From Eledone cirrhosa (Eukaryota): a stretch of DNA of 64,000 nucleotides. The translations under genes and the position numbers were made by a program. Every line of letters starts with the position of its first letter. Position 1 is the first letter of the stretch. Where the stretch lies: NCBI GenBank assembly GCA_964016885.1, contig OZ024741.1, forward strand, positions 225,556,001 to 225,620,000, written 5' to 3'. The notes under the pieces were generated by a model. It ran no database searches. It had not been told where the DNA came from and saw only the letters and a list, made by a program, of their open reading frames with translations. Below, in pieces: positions 41,541 through 55,617 of the stretch.

Positions 41541-42258
41541 ACAAACTCATATATAAACGTCTGATATATGAAATGATTATATATTTCTTTTCTCTTTTCT
41601 TTTCCCGTATCTATATCATCTTTTACTCCATATATTTCTATACTTTTACTGATTAAATCTTCTTTCGTAAATGAAAATCATATTTGACAATCACATACAG
41701 ATATAAATAGATACGAATTACACAAGATAAGGTTTTCAGAACACAAAACATAATCGAAATACAGAAATATTAGCTAGAATCAACCAAGTTTTTTGTTGGT
41801 CATTTTCCAGACCCGAAATATGGTCGATTGAAAAGAATAAAATAATATATGGATCTTGAATTTCGTCGACTGATAGCGTTCGTAAATAGTAAATGAAATT
41901 TAGTTTGTTCCTTCGTTATTATTCTTTTCTTGTCAATATAAGCAAGATGCTTTTTCAACGTGTTAAACACAAGGAAAGATTTGTGACAGTTCTGAACAGT
42001 TTCTTAACTTCTGGAAACTTATGGTACTTAATAATAAGGAACGTCAGTTTTCTTTTTTAATTTGGTTTTCGTTCATTTAAAATTATTTTACATATATATA
42101 TAAATTCTTGAGAGTTCTTCAGAATGATAAATTTTCGAACTCTGATAAAGCAAAATACTTAAAGTAAAACAAATCTTCTGATAGATGTATGTTATAACAA
42201 AGAAATGTTTTATTATAAGGGTCTCTGCTCAGTAAAAGAAATAAATGTACACATATAT

Positions 42259-42360
<102 letters not shown>

Positions 42361-42361
42361 C

Positions 42362-42410
<49 letters not shown>

Positions 42411-42474
42411 CATATATATAGAAGTAAGTATGCATATATATGTATACACACACACATATACTATGTATATATAT

Positions 42475-42635
42475 ATTTGTTTCTACTTTTGGCACAAGGC
42501 CAGCAATTTCACCAGTACATTACTGGTACTTTATTTTATCGACCCCATAAGGATGAAAGGCAAAGTTAACCTCGGCGGGATTTGAACTCAGATCGTAAAG
42601 GGACGTAACTACGCTTTCTACCAATACTGCCAATT
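42475..42635 (-). mobile_element. tRNA-derived SINE
   Basis: Same family as 4549-4740. Confidence 0.85.
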
Positions 42636-42678
42636 CACATATAATATATGTATATTTACATATTTTATATTTCATATT

Positions 42679-42724
<46 letters not shown>

Positions 42725-42841
42725 AAATATAAAATATGTAAATATACATATATTATATGTAAATATTATATATATATACAGTATATGTGTGTGTGTGTAT
42801 ACATATATATATATATATGCATACTTACTTCTATATATATG

Positions 42842-42959
<118 letters not shown>

Positions 42960-43951
42960 TGTAAATATATATACATATGTACATGTATATTTAAGTGATA
43001 TATTAAATTTTGAAACGTTCACTTAGTATTAGCTTTCATGTGGTCGGTTGAGACGGTTGACATCTCTCACTCGCAATGTCTTCATATTTCGAAAATAAAA
43101 CAAAATAAAAAGATAAAATTCAGGAACCCATTTCGTTCATAGATTTTTTTTTCTTTTTGCCGATTCATCGTAGAAGGTTTAATTGCACCTTACCCCTGGA
43201 GGAATAACTGGAGACATAGAGAATAATTAACGACTTATTATATTTTAAAATGTCGCACAAGGGAAACCAACCTAAAGATTACAGTCTCCAAAAGCAGAAT
43301 AGTTCTAATAATAACAGATGAAGTAGTAGTATTAGTATTAGTAGTAGTAATAATAATAATAGTAATAGTAATAATAATAAAAATTTGTTAACATAATAAT
43401 AATAATAATCGTAATAACAATAACAATAATAACAACAATTTTAGAAATTCAATGTAATTTCTTCGGTATTTATTTTCAGTTTCGTGTGAATACTTGTTTA
43501 CTCCTCATTTGGATTTTAAGAATAAATTAAAAATTTTATTTCACTTGATTTTATTTTGAAATGTCTTTTGGTATTTGTTTTCTGCTAATGGTTTACTTTC
43601 TTTGTATTTATTTATTTGATTATTTATTTATTCTGCTTCGAATCCCCTACCAATATGTGATAATTCTCTGTTTTTGTGTTTGTAGCAACAACACCAGAAG
43701 CATGCAGTGAAATGTCACCATTAAGAATCTGTTTTTTTGTCTTCTTTTTCTAGTCAGCCATATTGCAATTGTGAAATTTCGCAGAAACTACATTTATTTC
43801 TTATTTAAAATAACCGAGTTTTTCCCTATATCAATATTTGTTAACCCTCGTTTACAAAGCAAGCCATTTGGTAAATATTCGTGACGAAGAAAACATTAAC
43901 TTTATATCTAATATATTTCGCGATTATTATTATTATTATTATTATTATTAA

Positions 43952-43997
<46 letters not shown>

Positions 43998-44896
43998 ATC
44001 ATCATTATTATTGTTTCTCTTTCATTCCTCCAGATTTATTTAGCCATCTTTTTGATGAACTAAGAACACATGACTTGTCTCATCCGTCGTTAGAAGCTCT
44101 GGCCAAAACCTCATTGTTCCCATTGCAATAAATGACCGGAAGCTTTTTATTCACCATCTTTCACAACTCATACAGATGTTAATCTCAGTTGCTTTATTCA
44201 ACAATTTTATATTTGACGATACTGCCATCATAAGACATTTTCACCACAAACCCACCTTTTTTTATTTTGTATTTTTTTCTATCCAAATATCCAATACATT
44301 TCTTTTTTATAATTTTTTTCCTTCAAATTTTGAAAATATATTTCAGAGTATTGAATTTATTAGAAAAAGATTATTTTTGGAATCTAATTAATAAAAGAAA
44401 TTATGTTCATCGTTTGTGAACATTATTCGAAGATTCCAATTGGAAAAAAAGACAACAAGAGGGAAAATAAATAAAAGAAAAAAATATTCTCTGTTAAAAT
44501 ATAAACGTTTTACATATACTTGAAAAAGTTATAAAACAAAAATACAATCTTTCAGTAAACAACTTGACCGGGCTGTTACAATGTGGGCAATTTGAGGGTA
44601 AATCAGTGGGTGAGAGTTCCAATGATGTTTCCTCCCTCCCAAAGGTTTTATTTTAAATAAATTTTGGATGAGAAAAATATCCAGGAATCGGGGTTAAAAG
44701 TTAAAGTGGGCAGGAGTAAGGGATTTTGCCTCTTTAACTCCATATATTTCACGCTTTGCAAGAATAGTAAGCATCTTTAAAAAGTCATCATCATCATCAT
44801 CATCATCAGCATCATCATCATTGTCATCATCTTTATTATCAATGTTATTATCTAATATTATTGAAGATATTATTACTATTACTATTATTACTATTA

Positions 44897-44942
<46 letters not shown>

Positions 44943-46037
44943 TTTCACCATCATCACTACGACCTCCGCACTTTATAATCATCATCATCATCGTCGTCGT
45001 CGTCATCGTACAGAAGATGGTAAAGGTGCAGGCGATAAAGTGCAGCTTATACGTCTTAACTAATACCCAAAACGGAGAAACTTTGTCTTTTATCTTGCCG
45101 AGATCACCAACATAGTCATGAATCCCTTTCAGGATGCGTAAGTTAATATATTGTATCACGTGTTCAAATAATATGCTACACCCGCATATCAAACACCGAT
45201 TGTACCATATAAAAAGTATTGGCATCAACCTCCTTTAACCTCTCACATATTTCAAGAAGGGACTTATCATGCTGTCTTTTATTGTCACCGAGCACACTTC
45301 TCCGGAGAAAGATCCCATTCAAAATTTAGGCTGATTCCCAGATTGGAAATGCTTGCCAAAGTAATAAAGGCTTACAGTAGTATGTAGACGCTGTTGCTCT
45401 ATATTTGGCATTTGAAAGCCACGTGGTATGTAAAAATTACACCCACGGCAAAAGGTAGAAAGAAATAATGATTTCTAATTTATTTACAAAGCCAGCAATT
45501 TGTAGAGAGGGGGAAAATATATATATTTTGGGGTGAAATCGTGTGAAATACTCAACTAAATAATTTATAATTTGCAGGCTTATCATAGTCAATGCATGAA
45601 GCATTAAAAGCAAATAATAATAATAATAAAAATAAATAAAAAATAAATGATAACATCTAAGTATAGCAAGATATTTTCCCTTATGAAATATGCTTAATTA
45701 AATGTAGTTTATCATGAGGTCTGAAGGTACATGAATATATACATACAAACGATTTATTTGTTACTACGTCTTTGTGTTACATCTCTTGTGATAATTCTTT
45801 GTGGAGTTGTAGACCGTCTATGTAGTACATTCTTATGTTATGCTTTTCTAAATTATCTTTGTGCTACATGTAGTACTGAAGTTTCTATTATGATGTTATT
45901 CTATGCTTTACTGCTACGTGTTTGAGTAACGTACTTTTGATATGATAGTTTTGCAGTATGTTATTTCTGCTCCACCTGTCTTTGTGGTATGTCTTTCTGC
46001 CATGCATTGGTGTTACAATTCAGACTATTCGCAAATA

Positions 46038-46178
46038 TGTGTGTGTTATGGATAAATCTATATTACATAACCTCTCAAATTGTTATATGAGATATGCATA
46101 AATATTTATCTACTATACGCATGTTTCTCCATATATATGAGATATGCATAAATATTTATCTACTATACGCATGTTTCT

Positions 46179-46222
<44 letters not shown>

Positions 46223-46335
46223 AGAAACATGCGTATAGTAGATAAATATTTATGCATATCTCATATAACAATTTATGTAGTTATATATTTCAGAGGTTAT
46301 GTAATATAGATTGTATTTATCCATAACACACACAC
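46038..46335. repeat. Inverted repeat around a (TA)n core, with a 50-bp direct duplication
   Basis: 46038-46180 versus 46220-46335 are inverted. atatgagatatgcataaatatttatctactatacgcatgtttctcc is duplicated. Confidence 0.8.
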
Positions 46336-46353
46336 ATACACACACACACACAC

Positions 46354-46453
<100 letters not shown>

Positions 46454-46563
46454 GTAGTATATACATATATATATATATATATTATATATATACATATATA
46501 TATGTAGTATATACATATATAAATATATATTATATATATATACATATATATATATGTAGTATA

Positions 46564-46603
<40 letters not shown>

Positions 46604-46604
46604 C

Positions 46605-46635
<31 letters not shown>

Positions 46636-46748
46636 CATATATATATACATATATATATATATATACATATATACATATGTATATACATATATACATATAT
46701 ATATACATATATACATATATATATACATACATATATATATATATGTAG

Positions 46749-46780
<32 letters not shown>

Positions 46781-46855
46781 CATATATACATATATATACA
46801 TATATACATATATATATACATATATACATATATACATACATATATATATATGTAG

Positions 46856-46889
<34 letters not shown>

Positions 46890-47623
46890 CATATATACAT
46901 ATATATACATATATATATATATATATGTATGTATACATGTATGTGTGTACACATGTATGTATGTATGGAAATGTGTGAGGGTGCGGGGGTGCGTGGTATA
47001 TATATGTATATGTAACTGTGCATGTGCATATGTATACTGTGTGTTTGAGCGGGTGCGTGTATATTGTGTGTGTGTGTGTGTGTGTGTATATCAGTGTGTG
47101 TGTGTGTGTGCGTGAGTGAGAAGTAGATTTTGGTTGTAAACTAAATGTTTCTCCTCTATTATTAATAGAATCCCTTTCCATATTCCTGGAGGCTGTAATG
47201 CAAATCTTTTTAAATTCTTTAAACGAATGCAAAGTCGGTTTATAAATAGTTAACGAATTCTTCAACCTATTAGTAAAGATTAAAGCAAAATATCTCCAAG
47301 CCATAATTCTTTTTATAATTTAAACAAAACTCCTTTCCCTTCTTACGCTATTCCAATTCATTCTATATCTCCCGCCATACAGCCATCCTTGATTTTACAA
47401 TTCCCTTATGGCGATTTTCTATTCCTTCTTGCTGTTTTTTAATGCTTTTATTTCTGTCTCAAAAGCCGAATCTTGTTTGCTACATCTGCTACAGTATAAT
47501 GGACTAAATATTCCTTATATTAATTTGGCCTGTGATATTATGGATACTACTCTACGGAACTAGCCGAGGTTGTCGTTCTATGTATAGGAGTTTATTATCT
47601 GTGTAAAGATATTTCTATTTGTC

Positions 47624-47715
<92 letters not shown>

Positions 47716-47999
47716 ACTATTCTCTATATATGCTAAATATGGAGATATCTACTACGTTCCGTAGATTTGTACAGTATGTCGTTAAATGTATGTATTGTAC
47801 TATATAGACGATTATAACTTGCTGTATTATGTGAAAGTAATACTAATGAAATGCGCAAGTATAACCAGAGAGAAGAAGCCAACTCTTTGAATTACAGTTA
47901 CAGTCATCCGACTGGCTTCCGAACAGTTTCCGTGTACTCAATTTCACTCACAGAGTATGTGTTGATCTGATGCTATGGGAAGAAATGAGAAATAGCTTT

Positions 48000-50090
48000 A
48001 AGGAATTCGTCTCCTAAACTCTACCAAACAGAACTCTGGCAGAGGCGTCATCAAAAGTATACATGGGACTAAAGAAAATGATCCCATGTGATGTCGGAAA
48101 TTTCTGTATTACAGGACAAAAGTCTTTTGGCTGGGCATCTCAAGGAATCCCACCCAACTAAAATGGCCGACTAACAATCTGAGTAGAATGTCCGTGGTAG
48201 CCATTAGTGAGACCATGATTTCCTGAACGCACGCAGTCGCGCCAATCATCCTCATTGAATACGACGCGCACGTATCTTGTGATCGAACTAGAGGGTACTG
48301 TGGGGTGGCAGTGTTTATTTTGGAATGGTTTGGGTCTTGAGGTATGGGCGAGCTACCTGGACCTGGACGGTAAGTCGGTGGTGCTGGATTTAAGAAGCAG
48401 CCAAAATTATATCTTCAGACTAGTCGCCATGTATGCCCCAACTGGGGCAAAGGCTCCCAGATTTCTTCAGGTCTCTAGAAGTGTTCTTAAGAACGTCCCT
48501 TTTATAGCACTAATAGTTAGATGTTGGCTGCCCTTGTAGGAGGTTGGTGTATAGAGGAAAGAAGTGTAATTGCTTTGTAAAACGTCTCAGACAGTTGAAA
48601 GTCTCTGAGAGGTTACTGTTAGATTTCCCGAATGTACATGTGATTAACACCGCCTTGAGTCATTCAGATCGTATCTAGATAGAATAAATGTTACATCAGT
48701 TGAAAGAGATAGTGTAGGACACCCATTATTTCAACCAATCGTCTACATAAACAACAAATGTGTGATATCTGCAATTGACCAAGATAGGACGCATAGACCA
48801 GGATCTAGTAACTGAAATTATACGCTTTCTTATCGGGATGCAAAGCTTGCAGTACTATAGTTAGCGAATTAATTAGACTGCAGTTGAAGGATTGGAACGC
48901 GATCTGAGGTTAAGCGCTCTGAAAATGGTGATTCGAGCAATATCGATAGCATTTAGCTAAGAGATGGCGAGGAAAGGTGTTTGAAAGGGAGCTAGTAAAC
49001 ATATTAGCGGATATTAAGAACAAATATCGTGACTGATGTGCTAGCAGTGGGAATTGTTCACGGCCATTTCTGTAACTCAAAACACGTCCAGTGAGTTATC
49101 AGAGCTAACGCTCGTGCTCTTGAGACATGAGGGAATGAAAGCTAATGAATGGGCTTTGATAGCAGAGATAAGAAATGGTAATAAAGCGCTATTCGTTCGT
49201 TGACAGATCACTAACGAGTGCGTGCTACGTTAATACAAACATGTATATGCGTCATTCAAGCGGCACTTTACTAAACAGTTTAAGATGAGCGGTGAACCAG
49301 GAAATGAAGGTGAATTTATTACCTATCCTAACAGCTTGTTATCTCTTGGCCAAGGACCCCTATTGCTGCGAAAAACCGATAACAACAGCCGAGATACGGT
49401 TGGGATGATCTATCCTATGGGTATTACATGCCAGAGTTCTTCGTCGATCTCTTGCTAGACATTTTTTTAATACTGCCTGTAAACATCGAACAAAACGTCG
49501 ATGCGTGGAGAGGGCATCTTCCACTCGTCGAAAGGTACACCTCCTGCCGACCACTTCACCATTGTTCTGAGGGCTCGGTATGCTGTGGCTGTTGATGCGC
49601 AGACATGCGCTGAATCTGCAACATCTGAAGATATTCCTGGACGGTGAGCATGTCTGTTCGCCTCTTGCCAGTCACGACTTTTTACAGCTCGCCTCTTTGA
49701 AGGAGCTGTAGACCCGGCTTAATCGTAGACCAAGGCTGAGCGTTTGAAATAAGAATGTTATAAGAGGCTTTCAGCCTTTACTAGTAGAGAAATTCTGCCA
49801 CTCGAACTTCCACGTTATCATTCTATAGAAGATTAATGGTAGGGAAGATGGACAATGTCCTTGGAAAAACTCTAAATGTAGAGGAGGTGAATCAAGTACT
49901 GGAACTGTTCGAAGGACCTTTGGTGACTGAACGCAATGATGACTCAAACTTCTTCAAGTTTTTACTTGGAGAGGAAGATGCATTGACAAAAATGTTCCCC
50001 CTCCTAGTAAATTTGTTAAAAGAATAGTAACATGGCTCGAATAAACGGGTCTACTCTCAGCAGTGCCTGTACGCCGAGAGCTCTAGCACA
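48000..50090 (+). mobile_element. Highly decayed Tx1/L1-clade LINE
   Basis: YLDLDGKSVVLDLRSSQNYIFRLVAMYAPTG aligns with the APE of 9403-10293. LGKTLNVEE...DSNFFK aligns with LGETLGVED...MDNFQR near 11700. Confidence 0.65.
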
Positions 50091-50212
50091 CAGTTGTGCA
50101 CTGTCTATACCATCTTACCCCTTTTCTTCGATTCTTCATCCATCCGATTTGAATGTAAAAACAGTAACATTTTTGTGACTTGTTACTATAATGTCCCTTC
50201 ATTATTATCATG

Positions 50213-50260
<48 letters not shown>

Positions 50261-50610
50261 GCTACTACTACTACTACTACTACTACCACTACTACTACTA
50301 TTATTATTATACATGACCATCAATATTCGAGCTGAACGATGATCAGTGTCTCTAAGACTACATCATCCAATATGCTGGATGTTTGTTTTTAAAAAAACCC
50401 AATAGGGTGTAATTTGAGAAAAATTATTAGAAGGCCCCTCGATCGTGTTTTGTATAGGCGTGTTCTGTACTGTGTTGTGTACCATTCTGTGTAGGTGTAT
50501 ATTGTACTGTGTAACTCTTCACTGCAGCATGTAGCTGTATAATGTACTACATAGATGTACTTTTTTATATTGAATGCCCTGTGTTCAGTTTTACATATAT
50601 ATATATATAC

Positions 50611-50654
<44 letters not shown>

Positions 50655-51171
50655 ATATATATATATATATATATCTATACAAAATATACATATATATTTA
50701 TACATAATATACATATACATATACATATATACATATACATGTATACATATATACATATACATATATACATAATACACATATATATACATAATATACATAT
50801 ATATCTATATGTACATATATATATATATATACATAATATACATAATATACATACATACACATACATATATATATATATAATACACACGCACGCATATATA
50901 TATGCATATATATATATATAATACACACACATATATATATATATATACATATATTATATATATACACACATATATATATATTAATATAAAATAGTAATTA
51001 TATATATATATAATATTGTGTGAGTGTGTGTGTGTGTATGTGTAATAGCTAGTGTGTAATGGGTGTGTAATATATGATTTATATGTAGACTGTTCTGTGT
51101 AGTGCACGTGGAAACAATTGTGTAATGTCCATTGTACATATATTCACTGGGTTTTGTTTTTAATGTGTATA

Positions 51172-51390
51172 TTGATTTCTAATTTAGGGATAAAGCCAGC
51201 AAATTTGGTGCATAGGGCAAGGTATAAAGTCGATTAAATCAACTCTAGTTGTTGATTGATATTTCATTTTATCGAACCCGGAAGGATGAAAGGCAAAGTT
51301 GACATTGGTTGGATTTGAACTGAGAATGTAAAGAGCCAGAATAAATATCGCAATGGAATTTTATCCAATACTCTACCAATTCTGTCAGTC
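51172..51390 (-). mobile_element. Diverged tRNA-derived SINE
   Basis: aaggatgaaaggcaaagttgac...gatttgaactgaga. Confidence 0.7.
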
Positions 51391-52044
51391 CAACATGCTT
51401 TTTGTAATGGGGATATTTATTTACAAGTACTTGAGTGTCATATAATGTACCACATACACAACCTCCTACACCCATACATACACATACAGCTACCTACATT
51501 AATATATATAATCAAATATGTTTCATTGGATATTTTGTCGTCTTTCTTCCATATTCATCCCATTATTTGTCCTCTTGAAACTGTTGTTTCAATCTATCGG
51601 TGTCTAGGAACTGCTTATATGCAAGTGTTATTCACCTGGCCCTTATCATAAGTCTTGCCCACCGACTCCGGTGCATTAAATCAGAGGAATTCCATATGTC
51701 CACGTATGTTCGGTTCATAAACTAGTTTTACACATCTAGTTTTACTCGAAATTTGTAGCAAACGTCCTCATATTGTCGTCACAGTTGTTCCCATAATTCA
51801 AAGCCTCGTTCATCTATAGATTTTGGTCGTAAGAACTTGATCAGTTTTATTTATTATTTTATTTTATTTACTTATTTATTTATTTTATTTGTTCTTTCCC
51901 CACCTATTAATTGTCAAAACAAACAAAACCACATGAAAGCAAAGCATTTAAAAGGGAGGAAGAACAATGTTTTCTTTTAAGAAGGGACTCTCCCATCCCT
52001 ATTTTCATCCCAATCACCTAACCCCTCCGGAAAATCATGGTAAT

Positions 52045-55000
52045 TCAGACGTTTGTTATCTTTTTTTGAGTCGGAATCGGAAGTGGTATATTAAGGCTGT
52101 AGCTGTCACTGACTGTTACGTTTTCTATGTTAATGTCATCGAACAAATCCACATCACTCATGGCATCGGAGACAAAAAATTCGTCATCACTGACTAAACC
52201 GGGTCTATAGTTATCGTATTCAGATTCATAAGCTGTTGAGGAGTCGAAATTAAGAGTAGGATCACTTTTCGACATCTCACTGCTGCTTGCAAACGACGAT
52301 ATACTGATATTGTCGATGGCCATGGGCTTACGACCGCCACCGAAATAAGGTATTAGATAGGTGTGTTTTATGTGAGGACTTCCGGTTGCCGAGGAAGCAT
52401 TCGACGATACGTGGTCTTCTTTGTCACTGGGGATGTAGTCTAAACTGCGGCAATATCGTGGAGGCATACTGAATATGGGTCTTCGCTTCACTTGAAACGG
52501 GTTTACTGAGATCCGCTGCTGGAGACTGTTATTGTTGTTGGTGTTGTTGCTATTACTGCAATGATTAATGTTATTGTTATTATTGTTGTTGTTGTTAGTG
52601 ACGCCTGTACTCGTTTCAGGATCGACACGAGGCGTTGCCCCATCACCACCGGCACCATTAGCAGAACCGCTAGCACCTGCTCCAGCTGCATCAACTGCCC
52701 CTGCAGGACGTGGTTTAACATTCGAGGTAACAGCTGGGGGTGAACGGTGTCTGGGTTGCCATGCAAACGATGTTTTAGTCTTCTGTGGATTAACACAAAC
52801 TACTGCTCGTTCCTCATCACTTTCTTCCACAGGCATGTTATCTTTTCGTTTTTTCTTCGCATTGCCGACCACAGCAGTCGGTAAACGTGATTGTTTTACT
52901 GGTTCTAGCATAACTCTCGGCTTTGCACCAAAGTTTCCGCTCCTACCGTTTACACAAGCTTTGTTCCGCTCATTTGAAGGCCCAAACATTCTCGCGTTTG
53001 TTACTCCTACAGGAGGTTTGCTAGATATGTTACCCTTGTTGTAAGAGGATTTCTGTCCAATCGGGGCCACAATGGCAGTCATTGGCTTTGTGGGAGAAGT
53101 GACTTTTGCAACAGACGGAGTCACACAAAGTTTCGGTATTCCCGATGGTGCTCTTAATTTACGTTGCTTCAAATCTTCAGATGTAGTTGGTTCTTTTTTT
53201 ACTTGTTTAATCTGACGTTCCTCGTCCTCATCATCATCGTCAACTTCATCATCATCATCATCATTATCCTCATCATCAACACCTTGTTCGAGGTCTTGTA
53301 GTAAGCGGTTCAGTTGAGTATTCTCACTGTGTAAACGGATAGGAAACTTTGGTGTCGATGGTGAAGAATAAGGGCAACTGTTGAGTGTGTCACTTGATTT
53401 CGAATGACAGACAGAGTTGTCTGACCTTGCATTCCTCGCAGCGGTAGGAGGCGTCTCAGGGCATGAAATCTGTCGTGTAAATGGTTGTCTAAGTCCAGGC
53501 TGGACTTTTAGTTCTATTGGCTTCAGTTGTACTACCGAAGATTGATTGGAAGATACAGATTCTAATTCATCCTCCGAAGGCGAATTAAGAAAACATGCTT
53601 CCGTCTGGGACTGCATAACGACAGGGATACACACTGCTATGGACGGGATCTTTTTCCCGTTACTATCATTAGAGTTCAAACTCTGAATAGTACCATCAGA
53701 CTTTCTTTTTTTATCAGATGAACCATTAGCTTCTGGTTTTTCCCGCGACTTCTCTGACGGGGTGCGTGTGAGGGCAAGTTTTTGGTTTTCCTCACTATCC
53801 ACTTTTCCGACGGCAGCTGGTAATATAGACATGCTTTTACCGTCAATACTTGCAAGAATTGACGAAGCTTTTGGTAAATTGGAAGGTGCTAATTTAGACC
53901 TTGTTGAAGCTGTTCGACGACTATCACATATCAATGGCTTCGGCTTTTGAATCAGTGGTATAGAATCCAATGACATCGGCTGCGGAGTCACTGTGTTTTT
54001 ATCAAGTCTTGCTGGAGGGGATTTAGCGCCAGATGGAATATGTTGTTTTCTGTTATTTTTATCATATTCAGGACTTAATTGTTGTTCTCCAGATTGTTTA
54101 CCGTTTTTCAATAATGAACGTTGCGGTTGTTTCCTAATATGTTTTTTACTATTATTCTGTGTCTCATCTACAACCTCTCCCAGCTCCTTCAACATACAAT
54201 TCATTGCTAGAATTTCACTCTCTGGTATTTCTTCTAATATCGGTCCTGTTTCGTAATATTCTTCCATCTGTGTTGGTGATGTCGACGTTCGAAGACATTT
54301 CCGTATGGCTGACGTGCCTGATACAACTGGCAATGATGTTGGTTGTGGTGTATTGGAAGACCTGGAGGGAGATGGTATTTTTGACACATTATCTCTTGAA
54401 TGTGGGGGTGCTGTTTTACTGGTGCAACTCTTCGCACTTTCAGGAGATAGGTTTTGTCGAGGACAGCTCCGATGCTGCACTGACCGTTCCACAAATTCTG
54501 TCTCCGTGTTAGATTTAAGTTGATCAAACATCTCGTTCTGAATTGTTGGGCTATGTAGATTATCTAAGTTTACATTGCAATTGTTCTGCATCTTAACATT
54601 CATATAATGCACTGTTGGTAGTTCAGGGGAATCGGAACCACCATAAGACATATCAGCAGTAATACAGCTTGTCAAAGACGAGCTGCTCAGTTTCCGCAAT
54701 GGGTTACGAACAGATGAATCTCTTGGACTCTCAGTGCTATTTTTTCTTTTCTTATTCAGACTGCTAGTTGGGGTACTATTTGGACCCCTTAGAGAATCTA
54801 AGCTAGGCTTTCGCTCAATATTAATAGAACCGTAAATAGATTGAGATTTTCCTTGTGATTTTTGAGACCCTTGACGGTCAAGTTCTTTGCTAACACTGAG
54901 GCTTTGTGGTACAAGTGGTATGTTCTCCTTGAAATCTCTTGATGGGGATCTAGATTTGGATAAACTTTCTGCAGTGCTACAAGGACTATATTTGGAAACA

Positions 55001-55119
55001 GATCCTTTCAAACCCATCAGGAAATAGGTAACCATGTCACCTTTACCTTTCACTGTTATCCGACCACGGCATTTAAAATCATAAACATCTTTAAGGGCCA
55101 TATAAACCTCTTCTGTGAC
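52045..55119 (-). CDS. Terminal exon of a membrane adenylyl cyclase, rutabaga/ADCY1-like (end of C2a plus ~990-aa tail)
   Basis: Acceptor tttgacAG at 55121-55120, in frame with the upstream exon: VTEEVYMALKDVYDFKCRGRITVKGKGDMVTYFL. Open for 1024 codons to a stop at 52045-52047. Confidence 0.93.
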   Translation of the reverse strand, partial: VTEEVYMALKDVYDFKCRGRITVKGKGDMVTYFLMGLKGSVSKYSPCSTAESLSKSRSPSRDFKENIPLVPQSLSVSKELDRQGSQKSQGKSQSIYGSINIERKPSLDSLRGPNSTPTSSLNKKRKNSTESPRDSSVRNPLRKLSSSSLTSCITADMSYGGSDSPELPTVHYMNVKMQNNCNVNLDNLHSPTIQNEMFDQLKSNTETEFVERSVQHRSCPRQNLSPESAKSCTSKTAPPHSRDNVSKIPSPSRSSNTPQPTSLPVVSGTSAIRKCLRTSTSPTQMEEYYETGPILEEIPESEILAMNCMLKELGEVVDETQNNSKKHIRKQPQRSLLKNGKQSGEQQLSPEYDKNNRKQHIPSGAKSPPARLDKNTVTPQPMSLDSIPLIQKPKPLICDSRRTASTRSKLAPSNLPKASSILASIDGKSMSILPAAVGKVDSEENQKLALTRTPSEKSREKPEANGSSDKKRKSDGTIQSLNSNDSNGKKIPSIAVCIPVVMQSQTEACFLNSPSEDELESVSSNQSSVVQLKPIELKVQPGLRQPFTRQISCPETPPTAARNARSDNSVCHSKSSDTLNSCPYSSPSTPKFPIRLHSENTQLNRLLQDLEQGVDDEDNDDDDDEVDDDDEDEERQIKQVKKEPTTSEDLKQRKLRAPSGIPKLCVTPSVAKVTSPTKPMTAIVAPIGQKSSYNKGNISSKPPVGVTNARMFGPSNERNKACVNGRSGNFGAKPRVMLEPVKQSRLPTAVVGNAKKKRKDNMPVEESDEERAVVCVNPQKTKTSFAWQPRHRSPPAVTSNVKPRPAGAVDAAGAGASGSANGAGGDGATPRVDPETSTGVTNNNNNNNNNINHCSNSNNTNNNNSLQQRISVNPFQVKRRPIFSMPPRYCRSLDYIPSDKEDHVSSNASSATGSPHIKHTYLIPYFGGGRKPMAIDNISISSFASSSEMSKSDPTLNFDSSTAYESEYDNYRPGLVSDDEFFVSDAMSDVDLFDDINIENVTVSDSYSLNIPLPIPTQKKITNV

Positions 55120-55259
55120 CTGTCAAAGATAAAAGAGGATAGAAAGAATAAATAAAGGGCAGAAAGAATCTTCGTTCGTAAAATTTTTATGATCAAACAC
55201 GTAAACACACACACACGCAGACACTCACTCACACACATACACATACACACATGTATATG

Positions 55260-55319
<60 letters not shown>

Positions 55320-55467
55320 TATCATACAAATTTGTCACCAATATACATACAATCTCAATGAAAAGATTGCTACAATAAATCTAATTCAGAGAAGCATACA
55401 TATATATATAACATCTTACACAATAACATTCAAAATCACCACAGGGGAGATCCCAGTAAATAAATAA

Positions 55468-55516
<49 letters not shown>

Positions 55517-55564
55517 TACAAATATACAAATATTAATAAAATAGATGTTCTTTTTATCAATTAC

Positions 55565-55617
55565 ATTTTATTATACATATTTCAGATGTACAACAGTACG
55601 TCCTCATCAGACAAAAT
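55565..55617 (-). ncRNA. Type I hammerhead ribozyme in the last cyclase intron, sense orientation
   Basis: attttgt-CTGATGA-ggacgtac...gtacatct-GAAA-tatgta-TA-ataaaat. Part of a repeat (55510-55780) shared with 13495-13757. Confidence 0.78.

Noticed and set aside
52503-54527. Antisense and alternate-frame ORFs over the cyclase exon
   Set aside because: These are shadow ORFs of a long coding exon with no independent motifs.
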